Shown in pieces: positions 45,939 to 55,090 of a DNA stretch of 64,000 nucleotides. Within the stretch, counting starts at the first letter, position 1, and each line of letters starts with the position of its first letter. The notes below the pieces were generated by a model, which was not told the origin of the DNA, made no database searches, and was given only the letters and a program-made list of their open reading frames with translations. Source of the stretch: a virus (taxonomy: Duplodnaviria > Heunggongvirae > Uroviricota > Caudoviricetes); the IMG/VR virus record IMGVR_UViG_3300009594_000001. The stretch is one strand, 5' to 3'. The position numbers and the translations under genes were made by a program.

Positions 45939-46010
45939 GACCCATTGGTTTACCGGATGCATCTCTGTCTGACGTACAGAAAGCAGTAGGTTCGATTCTT
46001 ACATGGGTCA
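45939..46010 (+). tRNA. tRNA-Val(GAC)
   Basis: Acceptor gacccat/atgggtc; AC tctgt-ctGACgt-acaga; T gtagg-ttcgatt-cttac. Confidence 0.6.
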
Positions 46011-46025
46011 CTCGGAGGGTATATC

Positions 46026-46457
46026 ATGAGAAAGCTATTCCGTTTCAAATACGAGCCTTGCAACAAGACGTGTTATGCATATTGTTCAAAGCTCATGACC
46101 GAGTTGAGGAAGTTGTCTCAAGACAAAAGAGAAGAACTAGTCTTTAGCATGGTCGAGGCACATAACCGGTTGTGCGATAACCCGGAGTATTCTTTCGGTG
46201 TGGACGTGGATGAAGTGAACGATATATTCGTCTCTCACTTCCGAACGCCTCAAAGCACCGACTTGTTTTCAAGCAAAGAATTCTCCGATTGTGTACAGAC
46301 CGTGATGAACACAGACATCCCGCAGGTAAAGGGAGAATGTAACTTCGGCGACAACGGGGCCGAAGACCTTGGTAGAGAGATACTAAGGTTCTGCACGGAT
46401 GTCGGCTACGCCGAAGTTCTGGAGAAGCGTTGTGAGTGTAAAGCTCACGCTGCTTAA
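46026..46457 (+). CDS. hypothetical protein (143 aa)
   Basis: ORF starting 16 nt after tRNA-Val. Confidence 0.45.
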   Translation: MRKLFRFKYEPCNKTCYAYCSKLMTELRKLSQDKREELVFSMVEAHNRLCDNPEYSFGVDVDEVNDIFVSHFRTPQSTDLFSSKEFSDCVQTVMNTDIPQVKGECNFGDNGAEDLGREILRFCTDVGYAEVLEKRCECKAHAA

Positions 46458-46625
46458 CATGGGCAAGCAAAAAGTAAGATACTGTGTCCGAGCCAATCCG
46501 CCGCATGGATGGTAGATTTGGGACCGGAAACGACAGAAATGGTGGGGGAGACCTACCAAAGAGTTCCCGACGAAGGAACTAGAGTTGCTCAACTCTGGCC
46601 GACAAGCAGAGTTGAAATACTAGAT

Positions 46626-46698
46626 GGGCCATTGGTGTATCGGCTAACACGTCTCGCTTACACCGAGAAGACGGTAGGTTCAACTCCTACATGGCCCA
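46626..46698 (+). tRNA. tRNA-Val(TAC)
   Basis: Acceptor gggccat/atggccc; AC tctcg-ctTACac-cgaga; T ggtagg-ttcaact-cctac. Confidence 0.65.
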
Positions 46699-46808
46699 CT
46701 GCCAGCAAGGTGCAGGGTAGAGTTACTTCACAGGTTCAATTCTTGTTTTCTCCGCAAGGGGAAAGCTAAAGGTAGCTTCACTCTTCTCGAATATGTCTGC
46801 TGGCAAAT

Positions 46809-46883
46809 GGGCCGTTGGTGAAGCCTGGAGTTCACGTCACGTTGACATCGTGAAGGTCGCTGGTTCAAATCCAGCACGGCCCA
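46809..46883 (+). tRNA. tRNA-Val(GAC)
   Basis: Acceptor gggccgt/acggccc; D gtga/tcac; AC tcacg-ttGACat-cgtga; T gctgg-ttcaaat-ccagc. Confidence 0.65.
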
Positions 46884-47091
46884 CTTATGGAATTGCTAGA
46901 TAATCTCAAATCTCTGACGAACGTGGCAAAGTTCTTCCACAAGCTGCGACACAAAGAGCTTGTGTTAGATAAGAAGACACCCATCGAGGACGTTACCAAG
47001 AAGCTTAAAAGAAAGGTGCCTGCTGTACTAGAAGGCTGTAAAGTCCATCTGGCTACATATCACCGATCTCAAGAAGCAGGGTAAAGTTTCG

Positions 47092-47436
47092 GTGGATCAC
47101 CCGCAGGTCGGGCAATTCGTAGTAGATATGCGTCACAAACCGCATGTGGCGAAAGATGCGATTCAAATCGAGGCCAATCTAGAACGGCCTTTGCCGGTCG
47201 GCGTGACTGATCTACAACAGCGAATTACGATTTTTCCGCATGGCCCTGGGCAGACAATGGTGCAATTGGAGATCGGCATGAAACTACAACGTATCGTGCC
47301 TTCGTTTGTCAGGAATTACGCTCAGGGGGAATTAGATGCGGCCACAGAGCGTTCGATACGCAATATCGAGCAGGTGTTGAGGAATCTGCCGTCTCCGAAG
47401 AAGGGATTGGTAATCCCTCTTCACTTGGATAGATAG
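47092..47436 (+). CDS. hypothetical protein (114 aa)
   Basis: ORF. Confidence 0.4.
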   Translation: MDHPQVGQFVVDMRHKPHVAKDAIQIEANLERPLPVGVTDLQQRITIFPHGPGQTMVQLEIGMKLQRIVPSFVRNYAQGELDAATERSIRNIEQVLRNLPSPKKGLVIPLHLDR

Positions 47437-47552
47437 TAGGTGATCTATCATTACCAGGGACGCCTAGTACGAGTGCTTTACAAACCTAAGATACGAAACC
47501 CTAATTTCGTGTTTGTAGAGTATCTTAACACTCAGACGAAGTTTCTGGTAGA

Positions 47553-47786
47553 GTGCTACAAGCTGACCAAGGCTTGGGAGTAACTATGGTAGGTTCAGAC
47601 GAACCGATTTGGCTTGGGTTGACCGGGCGTGAGATCGGCATGTTGGTAACAGCGTTGATCTTGTTTGTGATCTTCGTCTACCATTGGTGCAGGTATAAAG
47701 TTTGGAACTGGCTTGCTTTGGTACTCATGCTATCGCCTTGGCCGATATTTTGGCTGATTCGATGGCATATAGAAGGGAAACTATGA
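47553..47786 (+). CDS. small membrane protein (77 aa)
   Basis: Two predicted TM helices. Confidence 0.4.
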   Translation: MLQADQGLGVTMVGSDEPIWLGLTGREIGMLVTALILFVIFVYHWCRYKVWNWLALVLMLSPWPIFWLIRWHIEGKL

Positions 47787-47832
47787 TTGACGAGAGAAGT
47801 GGATCAAGTCAATCAAGTGTGATTAGCTTGAT

Positions 47833-47905
47833 GGGGGCTTAGCTCAGTTGGGAGAGCGACAGGCTGGCAGTCTGTAGGTCATGGGTTCGAGTCCCATAGC
47901 CTCCA
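47833..47905 (+). tRNA. tRNA-Ala(GGC)
   Basis: Acceptor gggggct/agcctcc (G3:U70); D gctc-agttgggag-agc; AC acagg-ctGGCag-tctgt; T atggg-ttcgagt-cccat. Confidence 0.7.
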
Positions 47906-47910
47906 CTTTT

Positions 47911-47982
47911 GGCTCCATCGTCTAGCGGCTAGGACATAACCCTCTCAAGGTTAAGACCGGAGTTCGAGTCTCCGTGGAGTCA
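47911..47982 (+). tRNA. tRNA-Glu(CTC)
   Basis: Acceptor ggctcca/tggagtc; AC taacc-ctCTCaa-ggtta; T cggag-ttcgagt-ctccg. Confidence 0.65.
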
Positions 47983-48164
47983 CTTATGAACGCTAGAATG
48001 GTTTAGCCAGACCCGCTTAGGGATTTGGATTGGAACCTGTAGTGCGTTTCTTTTCTACGCATGGCACATTATGATGTGTCGTCGTAAGAAAGAGAAATAC
48101 ATGTACTATGAGGCCGAGAAAGCATACAATCCGAAATTAGAGTTTCGGTGGTGGATTAAGTAGC

Positions 48165-48476
48165 ATGTGGGAAAACTGCCACGACGCATTGGAGTATGAA
48201 GAGGCCGTGAAGCGGGCTGAAGAGTACAAACGAGTCAGCAAGCCGCTTCAAGCTGTGTGCAATGTCTGTGGCACCCCTTCTCAGTTCTTCATTCAAGGGA
48301 ACATCACTGTCGAAGAAGAGGAAGGCGAAGTAAAATTGGTTGCGATCTGCAAAAAGTGCCTTCTAGAGATCGGCTTAGAGCAATGCTACAAATTCTTGAT
48401 GGACCATGTTGGAACTTCACAGCGAACGAAATACCTCCAAGGTTTCAAAGCCCAGCGACTATTGATGGGGGCTTAG
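48165..48476 (+). CDS. hypothetical protein (103 aa) with CxxC...CxxC
   Basis: ORF; zinc-ribbon-like cysteines CNVCG...CKKC. Confidence 0.4.
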   Translation: MWENCHDALEYEEAVKRAEEYKRVSKPLQAVCNVCGTPSQFFIQGNITVEEEEGEVKLVAICKKCLLEIGLEQCYKFLMDHVGTSQRTKYLQGFKAQRLLMGA

Positions 48477-48539
48477 CTCAGATGGGAGAGCGATAGCTTT
48501 GCAAGCTATAGGTCATGGGTTCGAGTCCCATAGCCTCCA
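48467..48539 (+). tRNA. tRNA-Ala(TGC)
   Basis: Same acceptor and D-arm as Ala(GGC); AC atagc-ttTGCaa-gctat; T atggg-ttcgagt-cccat. Confidence 0.75.
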
Positions 48540-48599
48540 CTCGTCTCATACATAGGAAAAGGTCATGAAATGAAGCGTGTAGATAACGATTGATGTTTG

Positions 48600-48670
48600 G
48601 CCCCGTCCAGCGGACTTCTGGCACCGAGTTTCCTAAACTTGGTTAATTGGTTCGACTCCAATACGGGGTA
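48600..48670 (+). tRNA. tRNA-Arg(CCT) (irregular D region)
   Basis: Acceptor gccccgt/acggggt; AC cgagt-ttCCTaa-acttg; T attgg-ttcgact-ccaat. Confidence 0.5.
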
Positions 48671-48673
48671 CTT

Positions 48674-48775
48674 GCGGGATGGTGCAGGATACGGTTCCTT
48701 CGCCAAATGGTATGGCACTAGCTGTCAAAGCTGGAGTTGTGGGTTCAATTCCCACAGGTTCAAATCCCGTATCTG
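48674..48775 (+). ncRNA. ~100-nt tRNA-like region with two T-loop-like motifs
   Basis: 5' gcgggat pairs with 3' atcccgt 100 nt downstream; contains gtggg-ttcaatt-cccac and ggttcaaatcc; no clean cloverleaf. Confidence 0.25.
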
Positions 48776-48803
48776 TTTATTTCTCCCGCTACTTACATAA
48801 GGA

Positions 48804-49451
48804 ATGATTTATCATGCAATCGGGACGCATCTTGGTGATTGTTGGTCCAGCCTGAACTACGTGCTATTCCAAGACGATCCCTGCATCTCGATGTATTTCC
48901 TATCACACTCCAGGGGGTGGAAGAAACGGAATGCTGGAAAGCACTTCAGGAAGATGATCCCGTTGTTCAAAGACGGTGATAGAATCAAAGTTACCGAAGA
49001 GCTACCAACTGTACGGCTAACTTGGAGGGGCATTTACAATGTCCCAGGTTATCACGAGACCGTTTATCCCTGGGCGGGCGAGGGCAGCAAGAAGGTTGCC
49101 TATCAGTTCAATGGTCGCAACAACGGCTTTGCTAAGAACTGCAAGCCCTGGGAAGAAGCGTGGATTTTGGAAGTGCTATGTGAGCTTGGCTATGAGCCGG
49201 TTCAGATGGGCTTGCCAAAATCGCTGAAGCAGAGCATCAAAGACTTGTCTCGGTGCTGTGCCTTCGTTGGAGTAGAGAGTGGTTTTTCGGTAGTATCACA
49301 GTCGATAGTCGGTTTGCCGATAACGATCATTCGCAACCAGATCGAGGAGGAATCTATTCGGCACTCACAGCGAGGCGACGGGCGGATAGTTAAAGACGCT
49401 GCTGAGTATATAGCTCTGTTAAAGAGCGGTCAGATTGCCGGTATAGGATAG
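48804..49451 (+). CDS. hypothetical protein (215 aa)
   Basis: ORF; stop lies inside the following tRNA-Thr. Confidence 0.45.
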   Translation: MIYHAIGTHLGDCWSSLNYVLFQDDPCISMYFLSHSRGWKKRNAGKHFRKMIPLFKDGDRIKVTEELPTVRLTWRGIYNVPGYHETVYPWAGEGSKKVAYQFNGRNNGFAKNCKPWEEAWILEVLCELGYEPVQMGLPKSLKQSIKDLSRCCAFVGVESGFSVVSQSIVGLPITIIRNQIEEESIRHSQRGDGRIVKDAAEYIALLKSGQIAGIG

Positions 49452-49507
49452 TGGTAGTCCGTCTCACTCGTAATGAGAAAGCCTGTGTTCGATTCATAGT
49501 ACCGGCT
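49437..49507 (+). tRNA. tRNA-Thr(CGT)
   Basis: Acceptor gccggta/taccggc; AC tctca-ctCGTaa-tgaga; T ctgtg-ttcgatt-catag. Confidence 0.6.
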
Positions 49508-49518
49508 CTTGCTCAAGT

Positions 49519-49634
49519 GCAGATCGTTGCCGTAATGAGAAGTAGGTATCGAATCCCCAAGTCGCAAGTCAGCCGAGCAACTGGCGTAAGCGATGCAAGG
49601 TAGGTCTAGCGTGAGTTCGAGTCTCACCGATCTG
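49519..49634 (+). ncRNA. 116-nt tRNA-like element (perfect acceptor gcagatc/gatctgc, two T-arm-like motifs, partial Thr-like anticodon arm)
   Basis: ccgtaatgag duplicates the preceding tRNA-Thr anticodon arm; T gtgag-ttcgagt-ctcac at the 3' end. Confidence 0.3.
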
Positions 49635-49641
49635 CACAACT

Positions 49642-49713
49642 GCCGATGTAGCATAAAGGTAATGCACGATCTTGGTAAGATCGGGAGTGTGGGTTCAAGT
49701 CCCACCATCGGCT
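49642..49713 (+). tRNA. tRNA-Thr(GGT)
   Basis: Acceptor gccgatg/catcggc; D gcat/atgc; AC cgatc-ttGGTaa-gatcg; T gtggg-ttcaagt-cccac. Confidence 0.7.
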
Positions 49714-49735
49714 CTTTGACGTTTCAACCAAACAT

Positions 49736-49806
49736 GCTACCGTCTTCTAGTGGTAAGAAACCAGCGTGGTAAGCTGGGAACCTGAGTTTGATTCTCAGCG
49801 GTAGCT
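49736..49806 (+). tRNA. tRNA-Thr(GGT)
   Basis: Acceptor gctaccg/cggtagc; AC ccagc-gtGGTaa-gctgg; T ctgag-tttgatt-ctcag. Confidence 0.55.
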
Positions 49807-49950
49807 CTCATTTCTCTCTATCCTAATCCTAGAATCACTGGTAGAATCTATATACCGTCTAGCGGTATATAGATCATCCGACCGCTACTGCTACTGTATT
49901 AAGGAGATCAACGAGCAGGATAGGTACGTGTTGCTTGAGCTTGTTGATGG

Positions 49951-50541
49951 TCACTGGCTGGTGAAGTCCTGCTGAAAGAATAGTTCTTTGAACTCGTCCG
50001 ATGCGGGGATGTCGTTTTCGGCCAGCCACTTCATAATGTTTTGGTGTCTTAGCAACGCCAGGGCAGGGTCACTCATTTTCTGATGGTGAGGCTCGAACAT
50101 TACAGCTTTGAAATACCTCATCGAGCCTTTCTTAATCATGTGTGGGAACAAGTAGTATTCACTGCCTTCGATGTCGGCTCGCAAGATGTTGTTGTTGCTC
50201 GGCAAAAGCGTCTCTTTCACCCACCTGTCGAAATCGATGCACTCTACCTTAGTGACTCGGTTAAGATTTCCATTGCAAGGTATTTTGTCTACTATAGTTG
50301 AACCAGCACCCTTATAGCCGCTTACTTCCATCTCCTTTACCTCCTCTCTGATCCAAACTGCTTTTCTGAGATAGCGAAAATTAGGAAACTCCTTTTCTAG
50401 TTTTTCTAGAGCTTCGGCTAATTTCTCATGTGGGGCGGGACATGGATCGAACCCATAGAACACAATCTCCGGGTATTCTATAAGAGGCTCACGAATATAC
50501 TTTGGGCGATTTACTCCTAATTCTATCACAACTGTTTTCAT
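49951..50541 (-). CDS. FkbM-like methyltransferase-family protein
   Basis: 196 aa on the minus strand; ILRADIEGSEYYLFPHMI resembles the FkbM motif iKiDvEGaE; weak. Confidence 0.45.
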   Translation of the reverse strand: MKTVVIELGVNRPKYIREPLIEYPEIVFYGFDPCPAPHEKLAEALEKLEKEFPNFRYLRKAVWIREEVKEMEVSGYKGAGSTIVDKIPCNGNLNRVTKVECIDFDRWVKETLLPSNNNILRADIEGSEYYLFPHMIKKGSMRYFKAVMFEPHHQKMSDPALALLRHQNIMKWLAENDIPASDEFKELFFQQDFTSQ

Positions 50542-50564
50542 TGGTTTGCCTATATAGATAGAGT

Positions 50565-50951
50565 ATGGATTTCAAGAAGTTTATCGAACAGAACGCAATG
50601 CCGATGCAGCAGTTTTCTCAGCCCGCCAAGCCGTGGAAGGCCAAGAAAGCTGATGTTCTACGTTTCTGGCAGGAGATTCGCCCCGGTTTGCCCATTGAAG
50701 TTCAGCCTGTCGAGAAAGGTCATAGCGGAACTAGATTCAACGAAGATGGCATTCGTATAACTGGCAGCCCAGTTTTTATTAGTAGCGTGCTTAGTCGCCT
50801 CAAGGATTTGCTCAGTTATAACTCTACTCCTGGTAAGAAACTAGATGTGGAATATAGAGAAATACAAAGTGCTGGTAGCACAGGTCGGAAAGTATATGTC
50901 TTTTATGTTCACGTTTTGCAAGATGAACTTGATATGCCAAAGGTTCCTTGA
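50565..50951 (+). CDS. hypothetical protein (128 aa)
   Basis: ORF. Confidence 0.4.
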   Translation: MDFKKFIEQNAMPMQQFSQPAKPWKAKKADVLRFWQEIRPGLPIEVQPVEKGHSGTRFNEDGIRITGSPVFISSVLSRLKDLLSYNSTPGKKLDVEYREIQSAGSTGRKVYVFYVHVLQDELDMPKVP

Positions 50952-50977
50952 TTTGATTTTGCTTTTCTGTTAGGGCC

Positions 50978-51358
50978 ATGAGAGTAGTACAAGACCAAGA
51001 AGATGAAGGCGGCAACAAACCGCAAGAGAAGCCTCAGAAAAAAGACGAGCGTGTAGAACGTCCGCCCAAGAGTCAAAAAACCAATAGACTCTGCGGACTT
51101 GTAGAGGGCTGGGTACTAGATACGTTAGGGCGTTCGCCTAACTTTTCTCATGTTCGAGCCTACCACCTTTGGGATAATAGATTCCGAGTCAACATCTGGA
51201 CGAATGAGAACCGTATCTCTGATAGTTTTTTCATCCACGCTGTACTCGATGGGATAACGCACTCGTCACCAGCCTTGGAGAAGAAATATGCAGACCCAGC
51301 AGCAACAACACCTGCCGGACCAGAACTTGTTGAAGCAGCAAGTTCAAATGTAGAGTGA
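50978..51358 (+). CDS. hypothetical protein (126 aa)
   Basis: ORF. Confidence 0.35.
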   Translation: MRVVQDQEDEGGNKPQEKPQKKDERVERPPKSQKTNRLCGLVEGWVLDTLGRSPNFSHVRAYHLWDNRFRVNIWTNENRISDSFFIHAVLDGITHSSPALEKKYADPAATTPAGPELVEAASSNVE

Positions 51359-51666
51359 TTGCTGCTTATTTTGGGCAGAGGAGGAACATGAACTATTACC
51401 AAGCGAGAGAGATGTACAAGGATGGGAAGCCGAGCGGCAAATGGCACTACATTTGTATGAACGACGGAAAAATCTGGCCTGTCGGATACTGTAGTCCCTG
51501 GAAGACCTGTCTTGACTGCGACGGCAAAAGTGCATGGTATCATCTCTATGACGACACTCCTGATTGTGCTACATGTAATAACAAGGGAATAGTAGAAGAT
51601 GCAAATCCTTGCCCTGGTCACGATACACCAGACGAGGCTGTAACCACTATAGAGAGTATCTTCTAG
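51355..51666 (+). CDS. cysteine-rich hypothetical protein (103 aa)
   Basis: CSPWKTCLDCDGKS...CATCNNKG...CPGHD. Confidence 0.4.
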   Translation: MIAAYFGQRRNMNYYQAREMYKDGKPSGKWHYICMNDGKIWPVGYCSPWKTCLDCDGKSAWYHLYDDTPDCATCNNKGIVEDANPCPGHDTPDEAVTTIESIF

Positions 51667-52274
51667 ATAACGCAAAGTACGATAACCACCTGCAAGTCAA
51701 GAAACTGCCGCTCGTTCCAACATATGTCGTTGACATAGGTGCCCACATCGGAACATTCTCTGTATTGGTTAAACGCACCTTCCCAGGCAGCCAAACCATA
51801 TGTTGCGAACGCTGCCCAGAAAACATTCCAATGCTATCGAAGAATATCCGTGGCTTTGGCAAGGTGGTTCAGGCCGCAATCACCTATGAGGTCGATCTAA
51901 CACTTTTGAACTCGGTATTCCCAGATTGTGTGTCTATAGGAGGGAGCATTGTCTGTCATCCTGATTTGCTTGCCACAATTGATAAAGTGCGGTATTGGGC
52001 CGATACGAGGCCGTTAGCTCGCAAGACTTTGGAAAATGTGATCTCCGAGAATAAACTAGAACGGATCGATCTGTTGAAACTAGATTGCGAGGACAGCGAA
52101 TTGAGTATTCTCCGAAACACCACATCACTAGATAAAATTCGATTCATTGTCGGCGAGTGGCACGGAAGGAATCAGTTCATGGATATAGTTTCAACTAGGT
52201 TTTCAACCTGGAACTTCAGAATTTTCAGAGATGGCGAATTGGGATTATTCTGGTTAGAAAATAAGGTAATATGA
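51609..52274 (+). CDS. FkbM-family methyltransferase
   Basis: VVDIGAHIGTFSV (SAM-binding DIGAxxG) and LKLDCEDSELSIL (iKiDvEGaE-like). Confidence 0.65.
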   Translation: MPWSRYTRRGCNHYREYLLDNAKYDNHLQVKKLPLVPTYVVDIGAHIGTFSVLVKRTFPGSQTICCERCPENIPMLSKNIRGFGKVVQAAITYEVDLTLLNSVFPDCVSIGGSIVCHPDLLATIDKVRYWADTRPLARKTLENVISENKLERIDLLKLDCEDSELSILRNTTSLDKIRFIVGEWHGRNQFMDIVSTRFSTWNFRIFRDGELGLFWLENKVI

Positions 52275-52693
52275 TGTCAACAATCTTTCTTACTCGTCCT
52301 CCGTTCATCGTGGATGCAGGGCCGTGCCCTGGCGTTTACTCGGAGGCTTACCAATTTCACCTACAAATGAAAGGAATTGATCCTATGGCTATTTTGAAAG
52401 GCTTTCCGCTGTCCAACACCATTTCTCCGGATACGAGGATAAATATAGAAGAAGAATCAATGTGGCCCATTGACGATACCGATGCCAAGGTTTGCAAAGA
52501 GATAGTTGCCGATGACCCACAAGCTGGTCCAGGGCAGGACGCCGAGTGGGATACTGGCAATTACACGATGGTTCATGACGAAAGGGATTACGGAGATGGC
52601 CGCAACATCAGTTTCAGGAAGAGGTCTGGGGATGTCCTACCCGCCAACGGAGAGGAAATCCAAGCAGAAACCGCAGAATCACATAACGTGTAA
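52271..52693 (+). CDS. hypothetical protein (140 aa)
   Basis: ORF. Confidence 0.4.
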   Translation: MMSTIFLTRPPFIVDAGPCPGVYSEAYQFHLQMKGIDPMAILKGFPLSNTISPDTRINIEEESMWPIDDTDAKVCKEIVADDPQAGPGQDAEWDTGNYTMVHDERDYGDGRNISFRKRSGDVLPANGEEIQAETAESHNV

Positions 52694-52825
52694 TTGTGGT
52701 CCGAATTGCGACCCTCCACCGACTCCCACGCCTTCTCCTAGCAAATGCTATTCTAGAGTGAAAGTTGGCGGGGTCTCTAGAATCAAAGTATCTAATAGTA
52801 GGAGTCTCAAGATTTGTACATAAGG

Positions 52826-52906
52826 GGCCTTGGTCTAACGGTAAGGCGTCGTGTTAAAGTCACAGTGCCGCACGAAGATGTCGGTTCGATTCCGGCAGGT
52901 TCCATA
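52826..52906 (+). ncRNA. tRNA-like element without a resolvable anticodon arm
   Basis: Acceptor ggggcct/aggttcc (two G-U); D-arm gtctaacggtaag; T gtcgg-ttcgatt-ccggc. Confidence 0.3.
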
Positions 52907-52981
52907 TTGATTGAAATGTCTTTTCTGGTTACACTCTAGCATCGTATAGTACATTTTGCCACTTACCCAAAGGAATGCAAG

Positions 52982-55090
52982 ATGTCAGTACCAGAGATGT
53001 TGGAAAGACGGGTGTGGCCCATCGAGAAAGCCCTGCAACGCATCCTTGTTGGGCAGAGGAACGTCATCCGCCGTGTGACTATGGCGTTATTCGCTGTCGG
53101 ACAGCGGGACTTCTATCCAGATGGTACACGATTTTTAGGAACAGGCCACGTTCTATGCGAAGGCGGTGTAGGAACAGGAAAATGTCTTGGTAAAGGCACC
53201 CCCGTCTTGATGTTCGACGGAACTATAATTCCCGTTGAATCCGTTAAGACTGGAGACCTGTTGATGGGACCAGATTCTCTGCCCAGGAAGGTTATTGCTC
53301 TCGGACACGGTTTTGGAGAGCTATATCGGGTGATACCAAAAAAGGGCGATTCGTATGTTGTCAATGACGAGCATATCCTGTCATTTAAGATGACTAGTCG
53401 TGGTCGAAATAGGCAGGGCAATTTTCCACGTTCTGGCGACAATGTTCCTGGCATGATTTATAACATGTCAGTCAAAGAATACTTGGGAAGGTCAGAGCGA
53501 TTCAAGAGTCATGCCAAGGGATATAGAGTTGGCATCGAGTTTGATGAGCGAATTGTGCCACTGGACCCGTATTTTTTTGGCGTGTGGTTGGGAGATGGGA
53601 TCAGTCGCACCGCACAGGTTTGCAATACGGATAACGAAATTATTGCGTACATTCGTAAGATGGCAAACAAGTACAGGCTGCGGTTCAACACTTACACAGC
53701 AAGCGGGAAAGCTCCGATTCACTCGTTGTGGGGGAAAAAATTCCATCCTAATGCGATATTGAGTGCTTTACGTGAAATGAACGTATTGCAAAACAAACAT
53801 GTTCCACAAATATACAAAGCAAATTCACGACGAGTGAGATTGCAAATTTTGGCCGGACTGATGGACACAGATGGCAGTCTGTCGGCTGGTTGCTATGACT
53901 TCGTAAACAAGTCAAAACAACTTGCCGATGATGTGGTTTATTTGGCGAGGTCTCTAGGATTCGCCGCTTATGTCAAACCATGCACCAAGGTTTGCAAAAA
54001 CAACGGTAAAAAGGGTCGATATTACCGAGTATCGATTTCTGGAAATTTATCGGAAGTTCCGGTTCGCATTGCCAAGAAAAAGGCTTCTCTTCGTCGGCAG
54101 AAGAAGAATGTGTTGGTGACTGGAATCAAAGTAGAACCAGAGGGCTATGGAGAATACTTTGGTTTCGAGATTGAGGGACCAGACAGGCTGTTTCTCCTGG
54201 GAGATTTCACGGTCACACACAATACCGTTCTCTGTAAAGCACTTTCTAGGTTGCTGGCTGGCAACTCCAAACGAGTATCGGGAATGCCCGACGCACTTGC
54301 CAGCGATATTACTGGTTGCGAGATCATCTTGCTGACCGGCGATACCAAGACGGTCCAGGGGCCGCTATTCTGCAACGTTATGCTGGCTGACGAGATCAAC
54401 CGTTTCCCGCCCAAAGCCCAAAATGCGTTCATCGAAGCACTGGCTGAAGGCTGTGTCACCATCGCAAATGAAACTATTCGTTTGAAGCAGCCTTTCTTCT
54501 GCCTCGCTACACAGAACCCGACTGAGCAAAAAGGCACGAGTCGTCTACAAGAGGCTCTGTCAGACCGGTTTATGTTCAAACTCGTCATGCGTGAGACTAC
54601 AGAGCAGGAGAAGATTGATATCGCAAAGCGGACACACCACTTCGATGTCACGAACCTGAATCCTGTAATTACGACAGACGAAGTATACGAAGCTAGAGAG
54701 TATTTCTTCAACAATACTCACGTCAGCGATGAGGTACGTCGCTACGCTGCTCGCTTGCTTCGTGCAATCAACCATCCAGCGGAATACAAACTTCTTGAGA
54801 AGGAACGGGCCTTGCTTGCGGGCGATAACATCTTCAAGCAAAAGCCAGCGGTCAACGACCGTGCCATGCTGCATATGGAAGGTGCGGCGATGATGGAGGC
54901 GGTTATGAGTGGGAGGGACTACGTGATCCCCGCCGACGTTGCTGCTGTTGCGGCAGATGCCCTCCGTGCCCGTCTTCTCCTGTCTGAGTCTAGTTTGCAC
55001 CTTCTGGCGGAACTACACCCAGGCAAAACCGAAACCGAGTTGGTGGACTATTTCATAGACGAAACTCTGTCTAGGGTGCGACACACTTGA
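52982..55090 (+). CDS. MoxR-like AAA+ ATPase interrupted by an intein (extein about 355 aa)
   Basis: Walker A GGVGTGK|...|T is split by the intein; the post-intein extein carries Walker B LADEINR and sensor motifs typical of MoxR. Confidence 0.8.
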   Translation: MSVPEMLERRVWPIEKALQRILVGQRNVIRRVTMALFAVGQRDFYPDGTRFLGTGHVLCEGGVGTGKCLGKGTPVLMFDGTIIPVESVKTGDLLMGPDSLPRKVIALGHGFGELYRVIPKKGDSYVVNDEHILSFKMTSRGRNRQGNFPRSGDNVPGMIYNMSVKEYLGRSERFKSHAKGYRVGIEFDERIVPLDPYFFGVWLGDGISRTAQVCNTDNEIIAYIRKMANKYRLRFNTYTASGKAPIHSLWGKKFHPNAILSALREMNVLQNKHVPQIYKANSRRVRLQILAGLMDTDGSLSAGCYDFVNKSKQLADDVVYLARSLGFAAYVKPCTKVCKNNGKKGRYYRVSISGNLSEVPVRIAKKKASLRRQKKNVLVTGIKVEPEGYGEYFGFEIEGPDRLFLLGDFTVTHNTVLCKALSRLLAGNSKRVSGMPDALASDITGCEIILLTGDTKTVQGPLFCNVMLADEINRFPPKAQNAFIEALAEGCVTIANETIRLKQPFFCLATQNPTEQKGTSRLQEALSDRFMFKLVMRETTEQEKIDIAKRTHHFDVTNLNPVITTDEVYEAREYFFNNTHVSDEVRRYAARLLRAINHPAEYKLLEKERALLAGDNIFKQKPAVNDRAMLHMEGAAMMEAVMSGRDYVIPADVAAVAADALRARLLLSESSLHLLAELHPGKTETELVDYFIDETLSRVRHT
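53183..54223 (+). mobile_element. intein with LAGLIDADG homing endonuclease domain (347 aa)
   Basis: Begins with Cys in block A (CLGKGTPVLMFDG); LAGLIDADG motifs FFGVWLGDGIS and ILAGLMDTDGSLS; ends VTHN, followed by the Thr that completes GKT. Confidence 0.8.
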
